DNA of 64,000 nucleotides from Escherichia coli (GTDB lineage: Bacteria > Pseudomonadota > Gammaproteobacteria > Enterobacterales > Enterobacteriaceae): the NCBI RefSeq assembly GCF_003018255.1, contig NZ_CP027440.1. One strand, written 5' to 3'. Both the position numbers and the translations under genes were made by a program. A model generated the notes under the pieces. It had not been told where the DNA came from. It searched no databases and saw nothing but the letters and a program-made list of their open reading frames with translations. The number at the start of each line of letters is the position of its first letter. Position 1 is the first letter of the stretch. This document shows, piece by piece, positions 1 through 9,394 of the stretch.

Positions 1-688
1 CTGCTTCCGGTCCCGGATAGAGAAAAATGGTGGCTTCCACGCGATACGGGATGATTTCTGCGCTGCGAACCGTAAGACGGTCAGCCACCGGGCGGACGTT
101 CTCACTGTTCAGAGCTTTTTCCACCACGTCCAGCAGGTCTTTTTCTGCAGTTCCATCGCCTTCGCGGCTAAGGACAGTCAGCACCACCTCTGCAGGTGCC
201 GGGCTGGTTGCACTGGCATCCGCCACCCGACCGTCGGCGCTTCGGGCATGAAATTCATAAGCTGCAGTTGGCCCCGCAACAGAAAGCCCTTCAAAGGCTG
301 CAGGCACACGCAGGCGCAACGCTTCATCGCTTTCCATCACAGCTGCAACGGGCGGCACAGCATCATTATCAGCAGGCGTCACCGTCAGGCGTGTCACGTT
401 GTAGTTGGCAGCGAGCTGGTCAAGATCGCCGCCCATCGCGTAAGCCACCATCACCGCCTGCGCGGCTTCGTTAATGCGCTGGCGCAGAAGCAACTCACGG
501 TAAGCGTTCTCCTGCAACAATTTAGTGGCGGGTTCAGATTCCAGTTCCAGCGTGCGGATCACTGCTTCCTGCTCATCTTTCGGATGAAGCGCCACAAATT
601 CTGCCTTGCGTTCGGCAAGCAGCGTCTCAAAGTCCGGCACATCCACAATCTGCGGTGCAGGCAACTGCGAAAGGTCAATCACTGCCAT
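1..688 (-). CDS. Phage baseplate assembly protein (P2 gpJ-like), partial; runs off window start
   Basis: Minus-strand ATG at 688..686 translates MAVIDLSQLPAPQIVDV, like the gpJ N-terminus; sits after gpW in P2 order. Plus-strand ORFs here are antisense shadows. Confidence 0.8.
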   Translation of the reverse strand, partial: MAVIDLSQLPAPQIVDVPDFETLLAERKAEFVALHPKDEQEAVIRTLELESEPATKLLQENAYRELLLRQRINEAAQAVMVAYAMGGDLDQLAANYNVTRLTVTPADNDAVPPVAAVMESDEALRLRVPAAFEGLSVAGPTAAYEFHARSADGRVADASATSPAPAEVVLTVLSREGDGTAEKDLLDVVEKALNSENVRPVADRLTVRSAEIIPYRVEATIFLYPGPEA

Positions 689-1034
689 TCTCTGCTCCTG
701 TTGATACGGAAAGGGACACAGGCACACCGTTATTCCGCCGCCCGGTCAGCTCCACCACCATTGAACCGTCAAAATTGCTGTTGATGGTGATGGAATCCAG
801 CGTCAACCGTGGCTCCCAGCGACTCAGCGCCACATACACTGCAGACATGACCTGCAGGCGTAATGCCGGATTTTGTGGCTGATCTATCAGTGCCGACAGC
901 AGGGAACCATATTCCCGGCGGGCAATACGGCTACCCTGCGGTGTCAGCAGAATGTCCCGCACCGACTGGCGCAGATGATCAATATCAGTAATGACTTTGC
1001 CGCTGGTATTGTTCATCCCGCTATAAAGCGTCAT
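675..1034 (-). CDS. Baseplate protein gpW (GPW/gp25 family)
   Basis: 119 aa; position between gpV and gpJ as in P2; family-like sequence. Confidence 0.8.
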   Translation of the reverse strand: MTLYSGMNNTSGKVITDIDHLRQSVRDILLTPQGSRIARREYGSLLSALIDQPQNPALRLQVMSAVYVALSRWEPRLTLDSITINSNFDGSMVVELTGRRNNGVPVSLSVSTGAENGSD

Positions 1035-1609
1035 ACCGGGCCTCCGGTTGTATCGCCGCCTTTCAGGACGCCAGTATGCTGATGCGCATCAACCACGATC
1101 CCGTTAGAACTCATCGCTCCGCCGCCCTGGGTAACGCCACCATTGATCACCACTTCGCTGTTAATGCGCGTGCGGTCAGCCTCCAGTACAAACTCACTGG
1201 TTTTCATGGTGATGTTGTCAGCAGCCTCAATGACCATTGATTTGATGCCCCTGACATACCAGCGCCCGGTGGCGGGTTCGTATTCAAACCAGCCACCGTC
1301 AGGATGTTCTGTCACGCAGGCGTCCGCCGACGTCGACGGTGGTGCGAACTGATTCGAATAGACAGCGGGCAGCGCAAAGGCGGTTTCCAGATTGCCGCCC
1401 AGACTCAGCAGCACCACCTGCTCACCTTCCGATGGTCGCCACCATGTACGGGCATTCCCGGCACGCAGCGTCAGCCAGCTGATCCAGTTGGTTTCAAGCT
1501 CGCCCGTTTTCACCCGGCAAAGCCAGTTTTCCCTGTCCACTTCGGTGACTACCCCTGTGCGGATCAGGTTGGTGATAAGGCGCATGATTTCGGTTAATTG
1601 TGCGTTCAT
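1031..1609 (-). CDS. Baseplate spike/assembly protein gpV
   Basis: 192 aa; P2 gene order R-S-V-W-J; start overlaps gpW stop. Confidence 0.8.
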   Translation of the reverse strand: MNAQLTEIMRLITNLIRTGVVTEVDRENWLCRVKTGELETNWISWLTLRAGNARTWWRPSEGEQVVLLSLGGNLETAFALPAVYSNQFAPPSTSADACVTEHPDGGWFEYEPATGRWYVRGIKSMVIEAADNITMKTSEFVLEADRTRINSEVVINGGVTQGGGAMSSNGIVVDAHQHTGVLKGGDTTGGPV

Positions 1610-1677
1610 AGGGAAAGGTTGCCATCAGGGGAAGAAAGGCGGCAGTGCTGCAACTTGTATCAGTGCTGATACAAAGA

Positions 1678-2124
1678 TCACCCCGCCAGCCATTGCAGAA
1701 TCATGTCGCGGGTCATTGCCTCAACATCATCATTTACACCCAGCAGGCGGCGCTCTGCGTAACGGACCTCCGGTCCTTTGCGACTGACGCGATCACGCAG
1801 GCCGTAATGGTGAACACGGGCAATACGCTGCACCTTGCCTTCAAACTGTACGCTGGCAGAGTCGGCGCTGGCGGCAGTTTTCAGGTATTTTGTGGTGCGC
1901 AACTTTGCAAACATCTGACGTTTGATGCGGCCTTTTTTGCTGCGTGCTGTTACCCTGCGCGGTTCATAACTGCTGCCATCTGGATTGCGCTGCATCCTGA
2001 TATTCTGCTGCTGTGTCCGGCGCAGTTCCTGCGCCAGCTGGCGCATCATGCGGCTTCTCGTGGCTGGTTCCAGATTCGCCAGCAAGGCACTCAGCCAGTC
2101 GTCCACCTTCTGCAGTTCAGCCAC
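1678..2124 (-). CDS. Tail completion / virion morphogenesis protein gpS
   Basis: 148 aa; position and size match P2 S. Confidence 0.75.
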   Translation of the reverse strand: MAELQKVDDWLSALLANLEPATRSRMMRQLAQELRRTQQQNIRMQRNPDGSSYEPRRVTARSKKGRIKRQMFAKLRTTKYLKTAASADSASVQFEGKVQRIARVHHYGLRDRVSRKGPEVRYAERRLLGVNDDVEAMTRDMILQWLAG

Positions 2125-2569
2125 GTTTCACCGTCCACATTTCTTCAGGTTCATCGGGTTCTGCTACAGCTTCAACGCTCGACACACTGCCGTCAGTACT
2201 GACCAGCACACGTTCCGTCAATTGCAGGTTAAGGCTGATATCACAGACATCGTTGCGCAAAATATCCACCTCAAAGGTGAATAGCTTTTCCCGTAACGCC
2301 GGGTTATTGATGGCATCGGGCTGGTTATCCCGAAGCCACAGTAAAACCGGGGCCATCAGCAGATTCTGGTCGCCGCTGAAATCCTCAATCACCACGTTCA
2401 GGGTGTAGCGGTACTCCCATGACATGGAGCTGGCCCCCGTGGCAACCAGCGAACCGTTATCCACAAACAGATGCAGTTTGTCCGGGTTATTGCGGACATA
2501 AGGCACCGCTTTATTGAGGGCGTGGCGCAGGGATTGTGGTTTGTTCACTGTTTCGCTCCTGACACGCAA
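2117..2569 (-). CDS. Tail completion protein gpR
   Basis: 150 aa; the motif PDKLHLFVDNGSL resembles P2 R as I recall it; true start may lie a few codons in. Confidence 0.75.
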   Translation of the reverse strand: MRVRSETVNKPQSLRHALNKAVPYVRNNPDKLHLFVDNGSLVATGASSMSWEYRYTLNVVIEDFSGDQNLLMAPVLLWLRDNQPDAINNPALREKLFTFEVDILRNDVCDISLNLQLTERVLVSTDGSVSSVEAVAEPDEPEEMWTVKRG

Positions 2570-2801
2570 TAATCATGTCCACTTTGTCTGCACAGACCGC
2601 CCAGGCGGCCTCCGTTTCATCCAGCAACGCGTTCAGGCCACCGTTAGTGCGCGGCGCTGCCTGATCCAGCCGACACGGCGTCACTCGCGGACAACCACTG
2701 ACGGTAAGCTGCACCTCCGGTGAGTGTGGGGCGTTCCCGCAGCCGGATAATGTCAGCAGGCAAAGGAGTATCAGCCCAGCGGCGTAAATCCTCGTTCTCA
2801 C
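2511..2801 (-). CDS. Outer-membrane spanin lipoprotein (LysC/Rz1-like)
   Basis: 96 aa with N-terminal signal and lipobox LTLSGC; partly embedded in the LysB frame, as in P2 lysB/lysC. Confidence 0.6.
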   Translation of the reverse strand: MRTRIYAAGLILLCLLTLSGCGNAPHSPEVQLTVSGCPRVTPCRLDQAAPRTNGGLNALLDETEAAWAVCADKVDMIIACQERNSEQTTIPAPRPQ

Positions 2802-3072
2802 GTTTCAGTTCCTCAATCCGGTGTTGTCGTTGTCTCAGCAGTACACTGGTCTGTTCTGCTTCGGCATAGAGCCGCGCCTGCTCCCGATTATTGGTTTCAG
2901 TCAGAATGGACAGGCTGATAAGCTGGCTGTTGCTCTTTGCCAGTGCCTGGCTTTTGCTCCGAAGCTCGTCTGCCTGCGTGCTGATGGTCTGGCTGGCATC
3001 AGCCAGCCGCCACGTCTGCCAGCCCAGCGCCGCCAGTAATAACGCCAGCACAACCAGCAGCAACCGGTTCAT
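2644..3072 (-). CDS. Inner-membrane spanin (LysB/Rz-like)
   Basis: 142 aa; N-terminal TM helix then coiled-coil-like region; follows lysA. Confidence 0.7.
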   Translation of the reverse strand: MNRLLLVVLALLLAALGWQTWRLADASQTISTQADELRSKSQALAKSNSQLISLSILTETNNREQARLYAEAEQTSVLLRQRQHRIEELKRENEDLRRWADTPLPADIIRLRERPTLTGGAAYRQWLSASDAVSAGSGSAAH

Positions 3073-3446
3073 GCTGCTACCTGTTGCGCAATCTGATTAC
3101 GGATCATCCAGAAGGCAATAACGGTCAGCAGATAAAAGACCAGGGTAATAGCCCACCCCGTCCAGGCGAGGCTGACGACAATCAGCAATCGCATCACCCA
3201 GCTGATAAATACGTTTTCTTTTCGGGTAATGGTCTTTAGCAAAGATGCCCTCAACTCCTGCCAGAGCGGGCCGTTCTTAATTAACGCAGCCAGTGCTACC
3301 GGAATTACCGCCCATGTCAGCAAACAGGCTACCCAGACACCGGACGCTGCCAGTACCGGAAAAATCCCCTGCGGATACACCATTGCTGCGATCAACAGCG
3401 CCATCCATAACATCAGAAACAGCCCGCTGATTACTTTCTTTTTCAT
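3069..3446 (-). CDS. LysA-like polytopic membrane protein (lysis timing)
   Basis: About four predicted TM helices; start taken at MKKKVIS just after the endolysin stop. Confidence 0.65.
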   Translation of the reverse strand: MKKKVISGLFLMLWMALLIAAMVYPQGIFPVLAASGVWVACLLTWAVIPVALAALIKNGPLWQELRASLLKTITRKENVFISWVMRLLIVVSLAWTGWAITLVFYLLTVIAFWMIRNQIAQQVAA

Positions 3447-3447
3447 T

Positions 3448-3960
3448 TCAGTTTGCTCCCTGTAAGCACCAGGCCATCTCCCGCGCACGGCGGTTATCCA
3501 GCCCCTGATTAAAAACACCTTTCACATAAACCCAGCGCGGCAACTGTCGGCACGCATCCGCCCAGCGCCGCTGATTGAGTAATTTCACCAGTGTGGAACT
3601 GCAGGCATTGCCCGTTCCCACGTTGAAGGCAAACGACACCGCAGCGTCATACACCTTCTGCGGCGGCTGTTGCTTCACACACCTTTCCAGCGCCCGCTCC
3701 ACACGCAGCACGTTGGAGATCAGCCCTTCTGCTGCCTGTCGCTCCGTAATGGTTTTGCCGGGAATGACGCCCGACGTATTACCAATGCCGTCGGTCCAGA
3801 CACCCGCGCTGCACTGATACGGCTGCAGACGACAACCTTCGTAATCGGCAATCAGTTTCAGCCCTTCCACTGAGGTGTGAAGCTGCTGAAAACCCGGCAG
3901 CGTGGCAGCAATAGCCAGCACGGCCCCGACAAGGCAGCGTTTAACGATTGATGGATTCAT
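3448..3960 (-). CDS. Phage endolysin (lysozyme, P2 gpK-like), possibly signal-anchor-release type
   Basis: 170 aa; hydrophobic N-terminus CLVGAVLAIAATLPGF followed by a lysozyme-like domain (EGCRLQPYQC...GIGNT). Confidence 0.85.
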   Translation of the reverse strand: MNPSIVKRCLVGAVLAIAATLPGFQQLHTSVEGLKLIADYEGCRLQPYQCSAGVWTDGIGNTSGVIPGKTITERQAAEGLISNVLRVERALERCVKQQPPQKVYDAAVSFAFNVGTGNACSSTLVKLLNQRRWADACRQLPRWVYVKGVFNQGLDNRRAREMAWCLQGAN

Positions 3961-4156
3961 AGTCCTCCCGCGAGATCTGCCCGTCGCGCAGAAGCTGGTA
4001 GGCTTTGTGTTTGTAGTACCAGTTGATAGCCAGCATCAGCACACCAATCATCAGGCCGCCCAGCGTTGAGGCATCCTTGATGGACAAATCGCCCAGCCAG
4101 GCCAGCACGACGGCGATGCAATACGTGATAAAGGCGCTGATTCGCTCAAGCGTCAT
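3941..4156 (-). CDS. Holin (two TM helices)
   Basis: 71 aa with two hydrophobic helices and a charged C-terminus; immediately upstream of the endolysin. Confidence 0.75.
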   Translation of the reverse strand: MTLERISAFITYCIAVVLAWLGDLSIKDASTLGGLMIGVLMLAINWYYKHKAYQLLRDGQISREDYESINR

Positions 4157-4159
4157 AAT

Positions 4160-4363
4160 TCAGTCCCATAGCTGGACGGTCTGCACGGTGGTGGTGGTCG
4201 GAATGTCCGGCAGCTCCACCTGCAGCCCGTGAGGTAAAAAGGGGCCGTATTCGGCAAGCCCCGGATTTGCCTTCAGTACCTGCTCCGTGACACCCTGCGT
4301 GCGCCCGTAATGACGCCAGCAAAGCGCGTCCACCGTGTCATACTGATGCGCACGCACTTTCAT
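4160..4363 (-). CDS. Tail protein gpX
   Basis: 67 aa, same length as P2 X; position L-X-Y-K. Confidence 0.8.
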   Translation of the reverse strand: MKVRAHQYDTVDALCWRHYGRTQGVTEQVLKANPGLAEYGPFLPHGLQVELPDIPTTTTVQTVQLWD

Positions 4364-4890
4364 CAGATAAGCTCCACTGTGCAGTGCGGCGCATCCTGCA
4401 CCCGGCTGATGGCCCAGCGGGCGTCACGCCACAAATCACCGCTTGCTTCCGCCAGTTCCTCGCCCCGCTTCGCACCGGATGCCGTGGCGTCATAGTCCTG
4501 GTAACGTTCGTTGAGCATGGCGCGTGCCCAGCAGTAAACCGCGTTGAAATAGTGCTGAATGCGCTCGCTTTTGCCGTCCAGCTGTTCCGCCGGAACCTCA
4601 GCCAGCGACACATATCCCAGCATCTGCTGGCGTCTGCGAAACTCATACAGCTCTGCGTTGACCTCCGAAATTGCCGACAGGGCAACCTGCTTTAAACGCG
4701 GCTGCGTCACCGTGCCGTCAGTGCGCATCACGCTGCGAAACTCCGACAGGTCCACATCAGGCCAGAACGGCGTATTTCTGATGATTTCCGCCTGTTCCGG
4801 TGCCTGTTCTGGTGCAACAAACTTCATGCTGCTTTCTCCTGAAATAGAGGGCGGTGGACGGGATTTTGATGTGGCTATGCCTTTCGCCAC
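4363..4890 (-). CDS. Head completion/stabilisation protein gpL
   Basis: Position after the small terminase subunit; true start may be the internal MKFVAPEQ. Confidence 0.75.
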   Translation of the reverse strand: MAKGIATSKSRPPPSISGESSMKFVAPEQAPEQAEIIRNTPFWPDVDLSEFRSVMRTDGTVTQPRLKQVALSAISEVNAELYEFRRRQQMLGYVSLAEVPAEQLDGKSERIQHYFNAVYCWARAMLNERYQDYDATASGAKRGEELAEASGDLWRDARWAISRVQDAPHCTVELI

Positions 4891-4922
4891 CCCGTGCCGC
4901 CCGTGCGCGGGGGCACGTTCTG

Positions 4923-5573
4923 TCAGCGGCTGTCATTGCGCAGTCTGCGCTCCAGCTGCTGTTTGTCTTTTTTCACGCCACAGCGGGGAGCGAGCTGTAA
5001 CGCATGGTTGAGATGGTTAAGGGCAGAAGCCGGATTGCTTTCACTCAGGACAGCGCCAATCGCTTTATGCAGACGCGCCCGTGACTGGTCCGGCATATCC
5101 AGACCGTCTGTTAGTTCCAGTGTCTGCAGCAACAGATCGGCATCAAAGCCGGTGGCGGCAAGCATTGCGCTCTGCGCCGCGTCTGCCATTTCCTCTGCCA
5201 GCACGGTCTGCACGTTGCGGTTACCCAGCGGCATCACCCAGCCATGACGCAGGGCATGACGCCCGATCTCCAGCGCCCCGGCATAATCTCCGGCATCAAT
5301 GCGCCACAGCATCACGTACATCAGCACGTCATCCTGTTGAGCGCCTCCGGCAGCCAGAACGCCCTCCGCCCAGGCGGTATATTTCGGCAGCAGCTCCACC
5401 TTGATTTCCGCTTTTTTGACCGTGGACTGAACGCCCTTGAGACGGCGGCGGTCTTCCGCCAGTTGCAGCAGCATCAGGTCATAGCCCGACGCGTGGCAAA
5501 CACTGCCACCCTCGCGAGCGGCCTGTTCAGCCTGAACGCGCAGGCGATGCTGCCGTGCGGGACTCAGGCTCAT
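4923..5573 (-). CDS. Terminase small (endonuclease) subunit gpM
   Basis: 216 aa; position N-M-L as in P2. Confidence 0.8.
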   Translation of the reverse strand: MSLSPARQHRLRVQAEQAAREGGSVCHASGYDLMLLQLAEDRRRLKGVQSTVKKAEIKVELLPKYTAWAEGVLAAGGAQQDDVLMYVMLWRIDAGDYAGALEIGRHALRHGWVMPLGNRNVQTVLAEEMADAAQSAMLAATGFDADLLLQTLELTDGLDMPDQSRARLHKAIGAVLSESNPASALNHLNHALQLAPRCGVKKDKQQLERRLRNDSR

Positions 5574-5576
5574 GAA

Positions 5577-6635
5577 TTACGCTCCGGTTTCTGCTGCGGC
5601 GGCGCTGAAGTCACCAATCTGGATGTTTTCCACCAGTGCAGCGCAGCGATAGTCCTCAACCACATAGGCTTCGTTAACGGATTCAAAATTTTCAATCCGG
5701 TCACGTTTCGGGTTGTCGATAACTGAACGGCGGCGGGTATCTTCCTGCCAGTAGATGGACAGGTTATCCAGACGGGTGATCAGCAGCGCATTCGGCGGGA
5801 AGAACGGCGCACGCACCGCCTGCAGGCCACCCATGCGTTTCTGACTGATGATCATATCGGCAGCCAGTTTTTCACTGTTTTCCTGCTCTTTGTTGACCAG
5901 CGGGAAATACTTGTCAGACAGCAGTTCACGCCCGCAAATCACCACCAGATCGTCATCGTCCTGGTAGACCACGTCGATAAGCTCATTGACCGCATCCATC
6001 ACCACAGCGTCCAGGTTGGCATATTCGCCACCTTTCCCGACTTTCACCGCATCCGGTGTGGTTTCGCCGCCCGTGGTGGTGCTGCCCATGACGTGATCCG
6101 GTGCATCCTCACGGATTTTCTGCAGCCAGCCTTTGTTCACATCCTGCAGCAGCGGGTTTTCACTACGGTTGGAGGTTTTCGCACGCTTCACGCCGTTAAA
6201 GCCGATCATGATGCGGTCCAGTGCCTGACGTTTCACGATGGCGTCACGGATACGCACCTGGAAATCCTGAAACTTCGCCCACAGGTCCAGCTTCGCGTAG
6301 GTCAGCACCGTGTCAAAGTTGGTCTGCTCGCATTTATATTCCACATCGACCATCAGCGTCGGATCGACAGGTTCACGCTCTTTCGCGGTGGTGTCAGTGG
6401 TTCCGGCAATGGTGCTGCCAACACCCAGCCCCAGCAGCTGACCGGACTGCTCAGTCACTGGCGTGACGTTAATCAGCGTCAGGAAAGCGGCGGACTGCTG
6501 GATCTGGTCTTCCAGCGTCTGCTGCACAGACGGCTCCACAGTGAATTTGCTGGACAGTTCTTCAACTGCCACACCGTTCAGACGCGCCAGCTGCTGCAGG
6601 TAAGCGTTAAAAGCAAAGCGGGTATTCTTCTTCAT
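5577..6635 (-). CDS. Major capsid protein gpN
   Basis: 352 aa (P2 N about 357 aa); position O-N-M. Confidence 0.9.
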   Translation of the reverse strand: MKKNTRFAFNAYLQQLARLNGVAVEELSSKFTVEPSVQQTLEDQIQQSAAFLTLINVTPVTEQSGQLLGLGVGSTIAGTTDTTAKEREPVDPTLMVDVEYKCEQTNFDTVLTYAKLDLWAKFQDFQVRIRDAIVKRQALDRIMIGFNGVKRAKTSNRSENPLLQDVNKGWLQKIREDAPDHVMGSTTTGGETTPDAVKVGKGGEYANLDAVVMDAVNELIDVVYQDDDDLVVICGRELLSDKYFPLVNKEQENSEKLAADMIISQKRMGGLQAVRAPFFPPNALLITRLDNLSIYWQEDTRRRSVIDNPKRDRIENFESVNEAYVVEDYRCAALVENIQIGDFSAAAAETGA

Positions 6636-6651
6636 CGGGTTTTGTGCTCCA

Positions 6652-7485
6652 TCAGCAATTGGTCAGAGTGTCAGCGGGGGCGTTACCGCCTGTTGCACGC
6701 TGGCGGTAGTCCTGGCGGCTGTCTTCATGACTCAGCTTGTCCACCAGTTCGTTAAAGGCGGTTTGCTGTGCCTGCAGGGCAGTCTCCAGCTCAGACAGGC
6801 GTTCTTCCTGCTCAGACAGGGATTTTTCGGTGCGTGCGTTCAGGTTCTGCTGCTCAGTGGCGACCAGCTCCACGGCCTTATGCACATCAGAGAACCGGGC
6901 GTCATCGGACTGCTCTTTTTTGGTAAACAGCGCCGTGACGCGGGCAAACAGGGACGGTTTGTCGTCCTGGATTTCTTCCAGTTCGATCACCGTTTCCTCT
7001 GCAGCGGTAAAGAGATTGGCAGGATTCTGCTTGCGGTTTGCCAGCGGGTTATGGGCTGCACTGGCGCTGAATGTCAGCATTTCCGTACCCAGACTGGCAG
7101 GGTCATCAGTGGCAGCCAGGCCGACCAGGTAGGCTTTGCCCGTATCAGCGAACTTCGGGCTGACTTCCATAGAGGTGAATAATTTCTGGCCTTTTTTCAC
7201 CAGTTCCACCAGGGACTCCGTTGGCTCAACGTCGGCATACAGCGCCATCTTGCCTGCCAGCGGACCTTCCGTGATTTCTTCAGCAAACAGCGCCGTCACC
7301 TTGCCGTAGCGGTTAAAGATGCTGTCCGGCAGATAAGACTTGATGTGCTCAAGGTTAATCAGCGCGGTATACACCGCCGGGTTGTAGCTGGCTGCCATCT
7401 GTTCCAGCCATTCACGCTGGATTTCGCGTCCGTCGGTGGTGGCACCTTCCACCCCGATGCGAAAACGCTTTGCTTTCACTGTCAT
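6652..7485 (-). CDS. Capsid scaffolding protein gpO
   Basis: 277 aa; coiled-coil-rich C-terminus; divergent from the P/Q genes as in P2. Confidence 0.85.
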   Translation of the reverse strand: MTVKAKRFRIGVEGATTDGREIQREWLEQMAASYNPAVYTALINLEHIKSYLPDSIFNRYGKVTALFAEEITEGPLAGKMALYADVEPTESLVELVKKGQKLFTSMEVSPKFADTGKAYLVGLAATDDPASLGTEMLTFSASAAHNPLANRKQNPANLFTAAEETVIELEEIQDDKPSLFARVTALFTKKEQSDDARFSDVHKAVELVATEQQNLNARTEKSLSEQEERLSELETALQAQQTAFNELVDKLSHEDSRQDYRQRATGGNAPADTLTNC

Positions 7486-7627
7486 GAGCCGTGCTCCGTT
7501 AGAAAAAACTTACTGGAGCCTTATGGTTGCGGTGATGGGGGCAGTGAAACAATGCGCGGCATTTGTACCGACAACCACACAAACCGCAGGCGGGGAAAGC
7601 CTTCATTCAAGGCTGTAGGTTTGTACC

Positions 7628-9394
7628 ATGAACACCACACTGACACCCGCAGATCTCGATCCCCGTCGGCAGGCCATGCTGCTGTACTTTCAGGGATACC
7701 GCGTAGCCCGCATTGCTGAAATGCTGGGCGAGAAAGTTGCAACCGTTCACAGCTGGAAAAAACGCGACAAGTGGGGTGACTATGGGCCGCTGGATCAGAT
7801 GCAGCTCACCACCGCCGCACGCTACTGCCAGCTCATCATGAAGGAGCACAAAGAAGGGAAAGATTTCAAAGAGATTGACCTGCTGGCGCGCCAGTCTGAG
7901 CGCCACGCGCGGATCGGCAAGTTTAACAATGGCGGCAACGAATCCGACTTAAACCCTAACGTCGCCAACCGCAACAAAGGCCCACGCCGTCAGCCGGAAA
8001 AGAATGTTTTCACCGATGAGCAGATTGAGAAGCTGGAAGAAATCTTCCATTCCTCCATGTTCAACTACCAGCGCCACTGGTGGGAAGCCGGAAAAACCAA
8101 CCGCATCCGCAACCTGCTGAAGTCACGCCAGATCGGCGCGACCTTTTACTTTGCCCGTGAAGCCCTGATTGACGCCCTACTGACCGGACGTAACCAGATT
8201 TTCCTTTCCGCCAGCAAGGCACAGGCCCACGTCTTTAAGCAGTACATCATCGACTTCGCCAAAGAAGTGGAGGTGGAGTTGAAAGGCGATCCGATGGTGC
8301 TTCCTAACGGGGCCACGCTTTACTTCCTCGGCACCAATGCCCGCACGGCCCAGAGTTATCACGGCAACCTGTATCTGGATGAATATTTCTGGATACCGAA
8401 ATTCCAGGAGCTGCGCAAAGTGGCTTCCGGTATGGCTATTCACAAGAAATGGCGACAAACCTATTTTTCCACGCCATCCAGCCTGACACACAGTGCTTAT
8501 CCGTTCTGGTCCGGTGCGCTATTCAACCGTGGGCGCAACAAAGCAGATAAGGTGGACATCGACCTGTCCCACAGCAATCTGGCCCCCGGCCTGCTGTGCG
8601 CAGACGGGCAATACCGCCAGATTGTCACCGTGGAAGATGCAGTGCGCGGCGGATGTAACCTGTTCGACCTCGATCAGTTACGCATGGAGTACAGCCCGGA
8701 CGAATACCAGAACCTGCTGATGTGCGAGTTTGTGGACGATCTCGCGTCTGTGTTCCCACTCAGCGAGCTGCAGGCGTGCATGGTGGACAGCTGGGAAGTC
8801 TGGACCGACTTTCATGCACTGGCACTGCGCCCATTTGGCTGGCGCGAAGTGTGGATCGGTTATGACCCTGCGAAAGGTACGCAGAACGGCGACAGTGCCG
8901 GATGCGTGGTGGTGGCACCGCCAGCCGTGCCGGGCGGCAAGTTCCGCATTCTTGAGCGTCACCAGTGGCGCGGGATGGACTTTCGCGCCCAGGCTGACGC
9001 CATCAAAAAACTGACCGAACAGTACAACGTGACCTATATCGGCATCGACTCAACCGGCGTTGGTCACGGGGTTTATGAGAACGTGAAAGCGTTCTTTCCT
9101 GCCGTCCGGGAGTTTGTCTACAACCCCAACGTTAAAAACGCCCTGGTACTCAAGGCCTACGACATTATCAGCCACCGCCGTCTGGAGTTTGACGCCGGGC
9201 ACACCGACATTGCGCAGTCATTCATGGCAATCCGTCGCGCCACCACCGCCAGTGGCAACCGCCCGACCTATGAAGCCAGCCGCAGCGAAGAAGCCAGCCA
9301 CGCCGATCTGGCCTGGGCAACGATGCACGCACTGTTTAACGAACCGCTGCAGGGCGAATCCGCCAATACCAGCAATATTGTGGAGATTTTTTGA
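7628..9394 (+). CDS. Terminase large (ATPase) subunit gpP
   Basis: 588 aa; P2 P-like length and sequence. Confidence 0.9.
   Translation: MNTTLTPADLDPRRQAMLLYFQGYRVARIAEMLGEKVATVHSWKKRDKWGDYGPLDQMQLTTAARYCQLIMKEHKEGKDFKEIDLLARQSERHARIGKFNNGGNESDLNPNVANRNKGPRRQPEKNVFTDEQIEKLEEIFHSSMFNYQRHWWEAGKTNRIRNLLKSRQIGATFYFAREALIDALLTGRNQIFLSASKAQAHVFKQYIIDFAKEVEVELKGDPMVLPNGATLYFLGTNARTAQSYHGNLYLDEYFWIPKFQELRKVASGMAIHKKWRQTYFSTPSSLTHSAYPFWSGALFNRGRNKADKVDIDLSHSNLAPGLLCADGQYRQIVTVEDAVRGGCNLFDLDQLRMEYSPDEYQNLLMCEFVDDLASVFPLSELQACMVDSWEVWTDFHALALRPFGWREVWIGYDPAKGTQNGDSAGCVVVAPPAVPGGKFRILERHQWRGMDFRAQADAIKKLTEQYNVTYIGIDSTGVGHGVYENVKAFFPAVREFVYNPNVKNALVLKAYDIISHRRLEFDAGHTDIAQSFMAIRRATTASGNRPTYEASRSEEASHADLAWATMHALFNEPLQGESANTSNIVEIF

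Noticed and set aside
27-784. Several plus-strand ORFs of 74 to 178 aa at the window start
   Set aside because: They are antisense to the gpJ coding sequence, which has a clear phage-like translation; low-complexity Arg/Ser/Pro-rich products typical of shadow ORFs.
6093-6755. 220-aa plus-strand ORF
   Set aside because: Antisense to the major capsid gene; composition-driven shadow ORF.
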